DNA of 64,000 bases from Candidatus Melainabacteria bacterium 17Bon1m (GCA_032128875.1 JAVLKG010000004.1:384001-448000); one strand, 5' to 3'. Shown: positions 19,880-30,756, counted from the stretch's first letter. The notes: generated from the sequence alone by a model not told the origin. A program made the numbers and translations.

Positions 19880-19904
19880 ATTATAAATGAATGAATTCAT
19901 TCAT
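19880..19904 (-). promoter_or_regulatory. Putative TetR operator next to the -10 of the RND promoter
   Basis: Perfect palindrome ATGAATGAATTCATTCAT 19887-19904; TATAAT on minus strand 19880-19885. Confidence 0.75.
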
Positions 19905-20060
19905 GCGCAGATCTAATGACATACTGATCTGGGAAATGTTCCGGCTTTTTTGCCGTGATTGAGCTCAGAGCCTGGTATCGTCCATAATGTGGGGTTTCAG
20001 GGCGTTCAAATGCCCGGTGAGTTTGTTCACAATAACCAGCTAAGTTGGAGCTTTTGCAAA

Positions 20061-20633
20061 ATGGCGCGTCCGGTTGACCCTGAAAAACGCATAGCAATTC
20101 TTCAAGCGGCAAAGAAGATTATTTTGCGCGAAGGTTATGGCGCCGCAAAGATCGCGCAGATTGCTGCGGAGGCGGGGGTAGCTGCCGGAACCGTTTATCT
20201 CTACTTCGAATCAAAAGAGGCAATTGCTGATGCACTCGCTGCGGAGTTCTTCCAGCGCGCGGCTGCTTTGACCGAAAAGTACGTTCCGAAGATTGTAGAG
20301 CCTAAGGGCATCGAAAAGTATATCGATGCTGTTGTTCAGTTTGCCATTAGTGAAAAACCGATTCTCGAGCAAATTCGTCCTGATCCAGGACTGGCTGATG
20401 ATGAGGATTCGCGCCAAAAGCGATGTCTTCTGCAAGAACATATGGGTCGCCTTCTAACAACGCTCATGGATGAAGGGAAGATTCAGAAATACAATGCCAA
20501 TGTGTTGGGTTCATTAATCTTCGGTATCATGCACAGTATCATTATGGGTGCAGTAATTTTTGAAGATCAGCCTTTGAGCGAGTACAAGAAAACGGCTTCG
20601 GATCTACTTCGCAGAGCGCTAAAGCCTGATTAA
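20061..20633 (+). CDS. TetR/AcrR-family regulator
   Basis: IAQIAAEAGVAAGTVYLYFESKE; GGAG before ATG 20061. Confidence 0.95.
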   Translation: MARPVDPEKRIAILQAAKKIILREGYGAAKIAQIAAEAGVAAGTVYLYFESKEAIADALAAEFFQRAAALTEKYVPKIVEPKGIEKYIDAVVQFAISEKPILEQIRPDPGLADDEDSRQKRCLLQEHMGRLLTTLMDEGKIQKYNANVLGSLIFGIMHSIIMGAVIFEDQPLSEYKKTASDLLRRALKPD

Positions 20634-20664
20634 CAAATATAGGTTCGAAACATGATGTCGACCG

Positions 20665-21225
20665 TTAGCGACGAAAACATTTTGTAGAGTGGTCGTTGAC
20701 TATTCCAACCGCTTGCATCCAAGCGTAGACAATCACAGGACCGACAAATTTGAAGCCACGCCGTTTCAGCTCTTTTGAAATCTGCTCTGAGAGTTCTGTC
20801 TGTGCCAGAACGGTTTTGCCGTCACCTTTGATGACCTTTCCTTTGGTGAAAGACCAGCAGAAATCGTTGAAATTCTCGCCTTCTTTCTGCATTTCGCAGT
20901 AGATTTTCGCGGCTGTGATTGTTGCTTCAATCTTTGCTCTTGATCGAATAATCCCTTCGTTTTTCAGAAGTCGCAAAATTTCTTTTTCCTTGAACTTCGC
21001 TACTTTTGCTGGATCAAAATTGGCAAACGCTTTGCGAAACTCTTCTCGTTTGTTCAGAATGGTGCTCCAGGACAAGCCCGCCTGAAATCCTTCGAGAACC
21101 AACATTTCCCACAGCATGCGCGCGTCGTGCTGCGGCACGCCCCACTCCTTATCGTGGTATTGCTGCATCAACTTGTTGTCACCTGCCCAACTGCAGCGCT
21201 GGCGCTGCTCTGCCTTGCTTACCAC
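20665..21225 (-). CDS. tag: DNA-3-methyladenine glycosylase I
   Basis: RCSWA, YHDKEWG, EGFQAGLSW, GFKFVGP, NDH...C. Confidence 0.95.
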   Translation of the reverse strand: MVSKAEQRQRCSWAGDNKLMQQYHDKEWGVPQHDARMLWEMLVLEGFQAGLSWSTILNKREEFRKAFANFDPAKVAKFKEKEILRLLKNEGIIRSRAKIEATITAAKIYCEMQKEGENFNDFCWSFTKGKVIKGDGKTVLAQTELSEQISKELKRRGFKFVGPVIVYAWMQAVGIVNDHSTKCFRR

Positions 21226-21328
21226 GATATGCTCCGACGAGTTGAATAACTCGCTTATTCTTGCACATCGTTGGTATCAGATAGACCTTTAGTTAGGTTT
21301 TTCGTAAGCCATGTTATTTAGAGGCTAA

Positions 21329-22318
21329 TTACTTTACAGTTTCTTGTTTGTCCAGCTGTGAAACAGCTTGTGTGTTCATTCCCATCGATGCCATTTTTGA
21401 TTTGATTGTAGGAACCATCTCACGCGCCGCTTTCTCGCCCTCGGCTACAGCAAGCTTGAAGTCTTCTTTCTTCTTTGAGAGAAGCGAAATGCCCGTGACC
21501 TTGGGATTGATAATGAAATCAGCAATTTTCAGATGAAGTTCGTCGGCGCATGCCAACACAATGCTCGACATTCTGTTGCTTGTTTTGCCGAAGTTCATCA
21601 AATCTTCTGGCTTCAATTTTTTTAGTGGTTCGTTAACGTCTACTGCAATCAGTACATCAGAACCCATTGCTCGTGCGGGATACGTAGGCATGTTAGAACG
21701 AATACCGCCATCTGCGTAGACGTTGCCATCAATTTCTACAGCGCGCAGAATTGGCGGAAGAGTTGCACTTGCCCGCACAGCTTGGCCGAGATCGCCTTTT
21801 GTAAGTCTATATGCTTTCCCATCAAGCAAGTTGGTTACAACTGCTGCGAAGGTTGGGCTGAGATTCTCAATTTTGCGTTTGTCTTCCGGAACATTTTCAT
21901 TGATGAAGTCAGCCAAACCTTGTCCGTCATAAAAGCCTGGCTGTTTCTTCTTGCGGAACACCCAGAGTTTTCCACCCGCCTTTTTCATTAACTGAATCGG
22001 CACTGGCAGAGGCGCATATGCTTTTCTTAAACGACCATCTACAACCAGTTCTTCGATTTTGTCGAGAGGGACACCGGCACAATACAGGCTGCCGATGATG
22101 GAACCCATGCTATTTCCCACGATAATATCTGGTTTTATACCTTCTTGTTCGAGCACTCTCAGCACGCCAATATGAGCGGCTCCTCTGGTTCCGCCACCGC
22201 CGAGAGCAATGCCGAGCTTGGGCGGATGATTTGGCTGGATAGCTTCTTCGGCAAATGCCGCATTAGTGCCGAAGAGTGATGCCAATAAACACGAAAGTGC
22301 AACCACAGTGCGCTTCAT
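21329..22318 (-). CDS. Patatin-like phospholipase with signal peptide
   Basis: GGGGTRG, GNSMG, DGG motifs. Confidence 0.92.
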   Translation of the reverse strand: MKRTVVALSCLLASLFGTNAAFAEEAIQPNHPPKLGIALGGGGTRGAAHIGVLRVLEQEGIKPDIIVGNSMGSIIGSLYCAGVPLDKIEELVVDGRLRKAYAPLPVPIQLMKKAGGKLWVFRKKKQPGFYDGQGLADFINENVPEDKRKIENLSPTFAAVVTNLLDGKAYRLTKGDLGQAVRASATLPPILRAVEIDGNVYADGGIRSNMPTYPARAMGSDVLIAVDVNEPLKKLKPEDLMNFGKTSNRMSSIVLACADELHLKIADFIINPKVTGISLLSKKKEDFKLAVAEGEKAAREMVPTIKSKMASMGMNTQAVSQLDKQETVK

Positions 22319-22457
22319 TATCTTTGCCTCCGGGCGGCGAAGCAGAACCCACGTCCGCTTCTACGCCGGCTTAGACTGGCGAGGCGCCCCAGAGTTCCCG
22401 CGGTAGTGCAATATCCGCTGTGGCTTCGCCTGTGGGCGTTTTGGGCACAATTTTGTG

Positions 22458-23516
22458 CTATTTTGCCTTGCTTTCTTCTGGCAGATCCTTGTCTGTACTA
22501 AACTGGTCTTGAAAAGATTGGTCCAGCTTTGCTACGGCGTCCGCTCCCGCGATATCGACCAGACTTTGACGATATCGGCGAGCAATATAGAACGCCTCCT
22601 CAATGTCTGTTTTCGCTTTGTCGATCCAATATTCCATTTCGATCTGTTTTATCGCGTCTTGCCCGGCGCGCGCCTCCTGGATCAAATTCTGCAACTTCGT
22701 AGATCGTGCCTGCGCGTATTCAATTGATTTGACACGGAATTTATAGTCTCTATAGTGCTCTGTCAGTTTGTCAGCAATGCCTCTAACCATCTGATAGAGA
22801 ATGATTGCCTGGGTTTGATCTAGTTGGGTATTTCTCTGCGATTTTGCATTTTGAAAATCTAGCCCCTGGGAAATTGCACCACTTGTGAGTTGAGATGCCA
22901 AAACAGTTGCTGGACTTGGTCCGTACACTGACTGCGCGGTGTTCGCGATCGAAATCATCGATGAGGAAATCATTCTCATCAGTATGTTGGTAGTTCTGTT
23001 TTTGTCACTACTCGGTATCAATTTCTGAACAACGAACTGTAAATCAGTACTTCGGTCGAGGGTTGCTGCCCATAGTGCCGTGATCTGCTCCTTCTCGTAT
23101 TTCGAATCTTTTTCAATGATGCTGTCTATTTCCGCATTAGTACGCTGCAAGATGATTGGCGATACATTGACTTTGTTTGCACGTTCGAGCAGGTTTTTGT
23201 GAGGCTTTGACTTTTCTTCCGGTTGCTTGCTCTCGCTGAAATTTATTGGTGCGATATCAGAACTTTGCACAGATTCTTTTTCATTTGGAGAGAGTGTTTC
23301 TACGGAATTCGATTGGAGTTTTTCTTCGGTTGGAGTGTGGAGATTTGATTGTTTGGTTGCGGCAAATGGAAATGAAAAGGCCGCTTGGCAAAAAACACTT
23401 TCAGCGAAAATTGAAACGGTAACAAGCAGCGAAAGTGAAAGGATTCCTTCTATTAGAGTGTAAGAACGAGAGATGAACATGCACCTTTCCAGTCTGGCAG
23501 TAGCGACACAAGCCAA
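22458..23516 (-). CDS. Hypothetical helical protein with N-terminal TM/signal
   Basis: 352-aa ORF; start uncertain. Confidence 0.7.
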   Translation of the reverse strand: MACVATARLERCMFISRSYTLIEGILSLSLLVTVSIFAESVFCQAAFSFPFAATKQSNLHTPTEEKLQSNSVETLSPNEKESVQSSDIAPINFSESKQPEEKSKPHKNLLERANKVNVSPIILQRTNAEIDSIIEKDSKYEKEQITALWAATLDRSTDLQFVVQKLIPSSDKNRTTNILMRMISSSMISIANTAQSVYGPSPATVLASQLTSGAISQGLDFQNAKSQRNTQLDQTQAIILYQMVRGIADKLTEHYRDYKFRVKSIEYAQARSTKLQNLIQEARAGQDAIKQIEMEYWIDKAKTDIEEAFYIARRYRQSLVDIAGADAVAKLDQSFQDQFSTDKDLPEESKAK

Positions 23517-23603
23517 AAACGACGACCGATAAAAAACACATGTTCCGCGCTTTTCGGCTTTATGAGAAAAAATGAGTTGTCAACGGCGTGTGCAAATGAC
23601 TGA

Positions 23604-24829
23604 CTACGTGTGCTGTTTTAGAGACGCCGTAAAACGATCGCAGTCAGCACATTCAAAAGCGTAATAAATCGCGTCGCCAAAGCCGTTTAAGTCTGTTTCG
23701 GAAATCTGTCCGACAAACATCATGGTTGTTCGGCAGTCAGGGCATTGAGGATAGCTAGGAAGCTGAATCCAAGCGGGATGCCCTCCGATTTGTGAGATTC
23801 CTTTTTCAAAATGACCTTCAACTGCAAAATAGGGCGAGCGTGATTTGTTTGATAAACAAAGGATTTCCCTCGGCATCTGAGGTGCGCTCTTTACCCACTG
23901 AGGGACGTCGATGTTGATTTTGTTGAAATCACACCAACGAGGCATTTCGTCCACTTCTTTCATAAAAAGTGTGTCGGTGAATCCTGAGCAAAATTCGCAT
24001 GTCACTATGTGCAAGTTTGAGTGCTTTGGACGTTTATCGTCCAGTCGTTCTGAATTAAACAGAACAACAAGGTTATTGTTACACCAAGGACATTGATTTT
24101 GTGAGTCAATGATGGCTCTCGCAGCGCTTTTGGAACTATTTCCTTGAATTTTTTCAAAAGGAACGGAATTAGAAGTGCAAAGTTCTCTTCTTTGTCCATT
24201 CTTCGTTAACTCCCAACCAGCCGAATAAGTGTAATTGCATGCTCATCGCTTATTTTCTTGTGAAACAGATTGATGACCTGCTCATCTCCAACCCATGCCA
24301 ACGCAGACAGAGCTTCATGAGGTAAATAGTCTATCCGTGAAAATAGTTTGTCTCTGATTTTTTTGTTGGCATTTCGGAAGAGGACGGCAGGTGTGAGCAT
24401 GTCTACCTTCAATAGCTCATCCAGAACTTTTGTGATGTCAAATTCAGTCGCTCTTCGCAGTGCAGTGGCGATCTCGCAAGCTGATTCCTCGTCACCTTTT
24501 TTGATACGTTTGATTAGCTCGTTGACTAGTCGATCCGCTTCGACGTTTGAAAGTTGGCAGCAGACTTCTGCCGCAGTTTCGGGATACTCAAGCTCTCGGA
24601 CAAGTGGATCGATCGGCTTATCTCGATGCATGATTAGCAGCACGTCGACGTTGTCTTTTGCATGCACAAAGGGATCAACGATTTTCTGATTGGCTTTAAT
24701 GATTGCTTCTTGACGGTCTCTTTCGGCTTTGTGAACACACGGCATGCAAAAACCACCGGTGCGCGCGGCTGTTGCCGGCAGGATTGTCGAATCACAGCCC
24801 GATTGCTGGCATTGAATACGGTCAGTCAT
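23604..24829 (-). pseudogene. DUF1963/YwqG-like protein split by one frameshift
   Basis: N-part (C..GC..TILPATAARTGGFCMPC) and C-part (YSAGWEL...CPWC...IGGHPAWIQ...CPDC) join with one added base near 24238. Confidence 0.75.
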
Positions 24830-24976
24830 CGTTTTCTGTTGAAGATTGATACGGAAAGGCACCCATATTATATGGTGAATGTGAGACTTTCACTTGATGC
24901 CTTTGCTAAGTGAAATTTTTGACGCCGAACAGTAAAATGTTTAAGAGATGCGACTATCGTGATTTGTGGAGGTTCG

Positions 24977-25573
24977 ATGTATCAGGCGATGAGCAGCTTT
25001 TCTCGCCGTGTTATTTGGTCCGTCGCAGTTTCCTTATCGCTCTTATATTCTGCATTTCCTGCTTTCACCGCCGATGATTCAATGCATTGTAAGATGGGCG
25101 CGGAAGCGAGTAGTGGGACCATAGAAAGCATTTGTCAAAATAAGGCGGGAGTTATGGTTGCTAACGCAAAGTCCATAGTGGAACGTTTGAAGCCGGGTGT
25201 AGATTTCCAGGGTGAGTTGAAGCGGATTGCGGCGGAGCACAATTTAAAGGCCGGTGTAATTGTTTCGGCAGTTGGCTCTTTTAGAACTGCAAGTTTGCGA
25301 TTTGCCGGGGCAAATGAGGCAACGACAATTACAGGTCCTCTGGAAGTCGTTTCAGTGACCGGCACCATTTCAGAAAAAGGCATGCATGTCCATTTGTCTG
25401 TGTCTGATGCGAATGGAAAAACCATTGGTGGACATTTGATGCCTGGCTGCAAGGTATTTACTACGATCGAATTGGTAATTGTAGATTTAAGTGATGACTG
25501 GTCATTTGAGAGAAAGACGGATGAGCACACGACCTATCTCGAGCTAGATCCCCAGCCAATCGACGCAAAGTAG
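24977..25573 (+). CDS. PPC/DUF296 domain protein
   Basis: RLKPGVD, SAVGS, HVHLSVSD, GGHL. Confidence 0.9.
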   Translation: MYQAMSSFSRRVIWSVAVSLSLLYSAFPAFTADDSMHCKMGAEASSGTIESICQNKAGVMVANAKSIVERLKPGVDFQGELKRIAAEHNLKAGVIVSAVGSFRTASLRFAGANEATTITGPLEVVSVTGTISEKGMHVHLSVSDANGKTIGGHLMPGCKVFTTIELVIVDLSDDWSFERKTDEHTTYLELDPQPIDAK

Positions 25574-25664
25574 AGATTATCAGCTGCTGGAAACAAGATT
25601 AGCAGCATAGCGTCCAACGATCGCATGTTCTGATTTGCCTGCACCTTCTAGTTTGAGGTTGCAC

Positions 25665-26342
25665 ATGAAGTCGTGCGCGTTCAGCTATATTTCCCGATTT
25701 TGTGCTCTGAGTGCTCTTCTTTGCGCTGCTGTGATGCCCGCTTTTGCACTTGATGCGGAAACTCAATATTTGGATTCTGACAGCATTGCAACCCGCTCTC
25801 TTGCTGTTGCTGAGTCTATGAGAACAAGCGGTTATTGCTATGCCGGTGTCAGCAAGGCGTTGTCTCCTTTGGGCGTTGTTCTCACTGGCGCAGCCGCGTA
25901 TGAGGCTCGTGAGCAGTTACTGGTCGACTCTCGATTTACTCCTGTGTCAACTGATGAGAGTGTGGACTTAAGGCGCGGAGATATCATCGTTTTCAATAAA
26001 TCGATATCTCACCCCTACGGGCACATTTGCGTGTATCAAGGGAATAGACAGGAGTCAAGCGACCATGTTTCTTCGCTTTCGAATCCTGATAAATACGGTG
26101 GTTTTACAGTCTTTAGATTGCGTTCGCAGAGCTACGAAATCGCTGGCAGCGACGCACATCTTGAATGGATAGCGAAAATGCCGAAGTCGGCTCCGGACTT
26201 TCGGAACCTCAACACACCCGTTGGCAAGCCGAGTGGGGGCTTGAAAGAGTTTTTGCGAAAGGAGTTTCGCACGATCAGTAAATCTCCCGAAGGAAAGTCA
26301 CTTAAAAGCAGGCTTGTTCGATTTGTTATGTCTAGTTGGTGA
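25665..26342 (+). CDS. Secreted CHAP/NlpC-P60-like cysteine amidase
   Basis: Signal peptide, GYCYAGV, GDIIVF, YGHI. Confidence 0.7.
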   Translation: MKSCAFSYISRFCALSALLCAAVMPAFALDAETQYLDSDSIATRSLAVAESMRTSGYCYAGVSKALSPLGVVLTGAAAYEAREQLLVDSRFTPVSTDESVDLRRGDIIVFNKSISHPYGHICVYQGNRQESSDHVSSLSNPDKYGGFTVFRLRSQSYEIAGSDAHLEWIAKMPKSAPDFRNLNTPVGKPSGGLKEFLRKEFRTISKSPEGKSLKSRLVRFVMSSW

Positions 26343-26406
26343 TCCTCGAAATTTGTTAATTGCTGATGCAGTTATAATTGCTGGTTGTGTTTAGAGGACA
26401 ACCAAA

Positions 26407-27126
26407 ATGCCACAGGTAACCGCTCAGCTTGCAGATGTAGCAACAGCTCAGATAACAGACGCTTGCATAAAGGGGAAAGTCAAATATGTCTGTGCACCTG
26501 CCGGGCTAAGTCCCGTTCTATCCGAACACGAACTGAAACACACACTTTGCGGGTCAGTTGTGCCTGTTCGCCATTACGGAAGTGTGGATGTTTTTTTAGA
26601 ACTGATCGAGACCACTCCAAACGTCGAAAACTGCATTTTAGTTATCGACAATAATGGACGAACTGACGAAGCGTGTATTGGCGATCTTGTTGCATTGGAA
26701 GCTAAGCACGCTGGGTTTGCCGCGATCTTGATCTGGGGCTTGCATCGCGATACCCGCGATTTGAGAAAAATTGGGCTGCCTGTCTTTTCATATGGTGCTT
26801 ATCCTAGCGGACCAGTACGTCTTGATGCGCGCGAATCAGAGGTGTTTAAGAGTGTGCGTTTTGGCGATGCAGTTATCACGAACGAGCACACCGCGTTTAT
26901 AGATCATGACGGCGCAGTTTTTGTTGAAACTAAATACGTCGATCAGGTAATTGGGGTTGCAAAAACGATTCGAGAGCGCGAAGTGAAACAGGCTAACGCT
27001 GCCAATAATGGAACTTCGTTGCGCGAACAATTCCGCTTCGACGAATTTCTCAAAGAACGGACCAACAATTCCAGTCTGACTTTCCGTGAGCATTTACGCG
27101 GTGTTATGAGTTCTATCGAAGAGTAA
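26407..27126 (+). CDS. RraA/HMG aldolase family protein
   Basis: ACIGDLVA...WGLHRD...LPVF...DHDG. Confidence 0.88.
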   Translation: MPQVTAQLADVATAQITDACIKGKVKYVCAPAGLSPVLSEHELKHTLCGSVVPVRHYGSVDVFLELIETTPNVENCILVIDNNGRTDEACIGDLVALEAKHAGFAAILIWGLHRDTRDLRKIGLPVFSYGAYPSGPVRLDARESEVFKSVRFGDAVITNEHTAFIDHDGAVFVETKYVDQVIGVAKTIREREVKQANAANNGTSLREQFRFDEFLKERTNNSSLTFREHLRGVMSSIEE

Positions 27127-27420
27127 GCGACTGCTTCGCAAGTCCAAACAAAAGCAAATATCCGACTTCTTCTAAGTTCATACTATTCGAATACCGCAGT
27201 CGAGATGTGCTATGCTTCAGCTGAATCGTCAGGCTCTTGTTCGACCTCAAGCGTCTAAGTTAAGGTTGAGCTTTGAAAAGCCGCATCAATACAGAGTTTT
27301 TAATAACCAGGTGTTTTGCCAGAATCAGTGCCATTCAGTTGGACTTGATTTGCTTGAACGAGTTTTCACTTCGCAAGGGTTTGCGTGGTGAGTCATTGTC
27401 ACAATAAGGTTTAATTACAA

Positions 27421-27696
27421 ATGCAGAATAAACTATTCATACGCAACCTCTCGTACAAGACAGAGGATGCGGAGCTTTCAGAGCTCTTTTCCAGTTTTGG
27501 AAAAGTAGTCTCTGCGAAAGTCGCAGTGGACCGTGAAACAGGAAGAGGTCGCGGATTCGGATTTGTCGAAATGAGCAGCGGAGAAAGCGCAAGCGATGCT
27601 ATGGCAGCATTGAACAGTTCGCAATTTGGCGGAAGACCTATCTATGTTGCTGTTTCAGAGCCGCGCGCATCACGTCCAAACGAACGTAACTGGTAA
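27421..27696 (+). CDS. RRM RNA-binding protein (Rbp family)
   Basis: RNP2 LFIRNL, RNP1 RGFGFVEM. Confidence 0.95.
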   Translation: MQNKLFIRNLSYKTEDAELSELFSSFGKVVSAKVAVDRETGRGRGFGFVEMSSGESASDAMAALNSSQFGGRPIYVAVSEPRASRPNERNW

Positions 27697-27811
27697 TCTC
27701 AGTTATTAGAAATTGATGAAAAACAGTGTGGTGTAATGTACGAACATTACCTTAGTCAGCCTCGAAAACGCTGAGCCACACTGCGATTCCAATTTTTAAT
27801 GTAAATAGTCG

Positions 27812-28996
27812 CTACTTCGGGTTGCCGTCCTTCCCTAACGTCATGATTGGCGCAATGATTGTCGGATTTGTTGGCGCAGATTTGCCAACGGTTTGTCGCA
27901 AAATTGCACGTGAAACCAGGGGAACCGGATTAGTCACTTCCACATTGACCTGGAAGTCGTCGCTGCCTGTGTTTCTAGTGAGAAAAACGCGTTTGATTTC
28001 AACTTGATTGTCTATTTGCGCCAATGTGCTTAAAGCTACTGGAACATCCAATTTGACCTTGATGCCTTTGATGTCTTTGATTTCCGGATACTTTCCCTCA
28101 CCCAATGTCATACTAATTGCGCCGAGTTCTATGCTTTTCAGCTTGATACCAGCGGCTAGTTCTCTTTGGTCTTTGAAGGGCAATTCGACTGTACCGTCTC
28201 TGTCAATCACGATGCGATCGCCAGAAACTTTTGAAAAGCTTTTGATGCCACCAACAGCTTTATCTACGAGCTTTGCTGCTTCATGATCTAATTCGACGCC
28301 ACTCATTGTAAGGGTCATTTTGACGAGCTTCACCGGATCTTTCGATTCGATTTTTGTTGGCGGCAAATGTTTCAGCGCTTCGTTGATTTTTACTATCGGC
28401 GATTCAAGCGCATTCTTTGCCCAAACTGCTTCGAATTGATCTTCCTGTCTTGGTTGGTAGAACGACTCGACTGCAGTTGCTCTTATATTTTGACGTTCTG
28501 CTGAATTGGGATCGAAATGAGTCGGACCTTGGCGTGGGTGACATCGCATACATTTTTGTGGATCCGGAATTTCTTTCATTGTAGGAATCGAATCCAGACC
28601 TTTGACCAACTTGCCAATTTTTGCGTTTAGCTCATTTGTTCCCGGCATTAATTTTTCTATTGCTTGCCTGCTAGCAGCTTTCTCTTCTTCTGTGCTCGCG
28701 CACGAGTAGTTACGCCGCTGACGCCTTAGTTCGTCTCTTTCTTCAGGCTTGAGCTTTGCTTCAGCCTGATTTCTTCGGCCCTGCAGCCAGTAAATTTCTT
28801 CCGTGTTGGCGAAGTATTCGTCGCTTCGATCTTGCCGGAAATCTAGAGAGCGAAAGTTTTCAAAACCGTCGAGTCGTTTTCCCGCTCCGATGCCGAGTTT
28901 TCCATCGTCTTGCATTTGCAGGAGAAACTTCTTAAATGCTTCGTCCTGCGCTGGTTTGGGTGCACCTGGTCGTGCTACTTCAATTGGATCTGCCAT
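27812..28996 (-). CDS. Hypothetical protein with CxxCH motif
   Basis: 394-aa ORF, CMRCH, no signal peptide. Confidence 0.7.
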   Translation of the reverse strand: MADPIEVARPGAPKPAQDEAFKKFLLQMQDDGKLGIGAGKRLDGFENFRSLDFRQDRSDEYFANTEEIYWLQGRRNQAEAKLKPEERDELRRQRRNYSCASTEEEKAASRQAIEKLMPGTNELNAKIGKLVKGLDSIPTMKEIPDPQKCMRCHPRQGPTHFDPNSAERQNIRATAVESFYQPRQEDQFEAVWAKNALESPIVKINEALKHLPPTKIESKDPVKLVKMTLTMSGVELDHEAAKLVDKAVGGIKSFSKVSGDRIVIDRDGTVELPFKDQRELAAGIKLKSIELGAISMTLGEGKYPEIKDIKGIKVKLDVPVALSTLAQIDNQVEIKRVFLTRNTGSDDFQVNVEVTNPVPLVSRAILRQTVGKSAPTNPTIIAPIMTLGKDGNPK

Positions 28997-29193
28997 GAGA
29001 ATGTACCTGGGAGGTCGTGTCCGTATCTATACAGCCGACTCTCTCTTTAGACAGATTCCATGCGACTCTTGAGAGAAACTTTGTTTTGTTTGTTGCAATA
29101 AAATTGAAACAAATGGGTGATAATTGCCAGCATCCACTAGCGGCTCTTTGCGATCGGTTAAAATTGGCAGGACTGAAAAAAGAGGAAGGTGGA

Positions 29194-29691
29194 ATGCGTC
29201 AGCTACTGGTTTTGATGATTGTTTTGCTCTTGCATTTGAGTTCAGTTGCGCCAGCAGGTGCAACTGGTCCCTTTACTTACCGAGCACTTAAGGGCATTGA
29301 ACAAGTCACTGTCACTATGGAACACATTGCACCAGAGTTAAAGCCAGTCATTGACTCAAACAAACTTCAAGCGGCAATTGAGTTGCGTCTGAGACAAAGT
29401 GGTTTAAAGGTTAGTTCTTCTGCAAAAGACGCCTCATTTGGTTCTGTTGTTTTCGTCAATGTTTACGCAACTCAGCCAAACCCGAACACGCCATTGAATC
29501 ACTTTATCGATGTTTGCTTGTCGCGCAATGTTTTCCTCTCACCGACTGACTCAAAACCTTACGGCTCCAAAGTTTGGCAAACTGGAGCAATGGGACAGCT
29601 TGATTCGAGCAAACTAAAACAGTTTCCTGCCAAAGTTCTCGCTTCTGTGGATGAATTTATCAAAGACTGGAAAGCCGCAAACGGGCGCTAA
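29194..29691 (+). CDS. Secreted hypothetical protein
   Basis: Signal peptide MRQLLVLMIVLLLHLSSVAPAGA. Confidence 0.7.
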   Translation: MRQLLVLMIVLLLHLSSVAPAGATGPFTYRALKGIEQVTVTMEHIAPELKPVIDSNKLQAAIELRLRQSGLKVSSSAKDASFGSVVFVNVYATQPNPNTPLNHFIDVCLSRNVFLSPTDSKPYGSKVWQTGAMGQLDSSKLKQFPAKVLASVDEFIKDWKAANGR

Positions 29692-29751
29692 AAACGGTTT
29701 GGCTGAGAATGCTTTCTGAGACGATATCTCCCTTAAAATATCGTCGAAGTC

Positions 29752-30756
29752 TCAATGCGCCTCAAGCTTCTTGATCATCGTGTCTAGGTGGCCGGCATAT
29801 TCGCGCTCCGATTCCGACGTTTTCACATTTTTCCTTTGTCCTCGTAAGACCTTCAACGCTTCGTCTCTGACCCACGATGGGCAGGCTGCGTCTACTTTCA
29901 GATGCGCAAAAGCAAGACCAATGAGGCAAGGTCCGTAGGTATCGTGCAGGTCGTCCTCAGGCGGGTTCGACACTCCCCACTCCCGCATGAGACGCTCGAA
30001 AAATTTCTTGCTGTCACCGGTTTTGTTTCTCTTGCGCCAACGCTGGAAGTGCTCCAACACGTCCGCTCCCTCATCATTTCCGTGAGGAGCATACTCATTA
30101 ACACAATCCCAATAGAACAAGTCATCCAAAGTCTCTCGAGCCTGAGGATGGTACTCGCTCCAATCAATATGCAAGTCGTCCCAGCTTTCTGCCTTCTTTG
30201 ACTCTTCTGGTTTTGAATTCAATGCGGTCGCGTATTCCTTCAATGATTCATCAGTACTCGGCAAGTCCTTGAACCTCAACGCTGCCCATTCAAGAAAGCT
30301 ATCGAAATTGAAGTCATCAACTTTGGCCAGCCGTTTCCTAAAACTGGGAACGATCTCAAGCAACTCAGAGCAGAAGCGCTGAAGCAATTGAGCATCATAA
30401 GTGTGTCGGCGACGCTCTAGGTCGTCTCTCCAATTCGCGTTGAATCCAGGTTGGGCATTGTACCGCACGCATTCTAAATCATCTCCCATGCAGACGTTGC
30501 TCACGTATTCGATTTCGACGAGTTTCATCTTGTTTAGGACTTTTACTTTCGGCAATTTTGATAACTGCGCATTGTACCCGTCGAGTATTTGAGGAAATCC
30601 GTCCCATCCTTTCACATTGCGGAAATGCGGTTTTACAAATAACAATGCGGGATTCGGACCAAAGTCCGGAGCACCTTCTTCGAGAAATGCTCCTGCGTAG
30701 CAGAATGGTCCGAAGTTTACGGACCTGAGTGTCTTTGACATGATTTGGATTTTCAA
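29752..30756 (-). CDS. YfeS/MolR-like protein
   Basis: HPQA...FYWDC..EYAPHGNDEGAD motif. Confidence 0.65.
   Translation of the reverse strand: MKIQIMSKTLRSVNFGPFCYAGAFLEEGAPDFGPNPALLFVKPHFRNVKGWDGFPQILDGYNAQLSKLPKVKVLNKMKLVEIEYVSNVCMGDDLECVRYNAQPGFNANWRDDLERRRHTYDAQLLQRFCSELLEIVPSFRKRLAKVDDFNFDSFLEWAALRFKDLPSTDESLKEYATALNSKPEESKKAESWDDLHIDWSEYHPQARETLDDLFYWDCVNEYAPHGNDEGADVLEHFQRWRKRNKTGDSKKFFERLMREWGVSNPPEDDLHDTYGPCLIGLAFAHLKVDAACPSWVRDEALKVLRGQRKNVKTSESEREYAGHLDTMIKKLEAH

Noticed and set aside
24005-24199. 64-aa ORF
   Set aside because: Out-of-frame overlap of the frameshifted DUF1963-like gene
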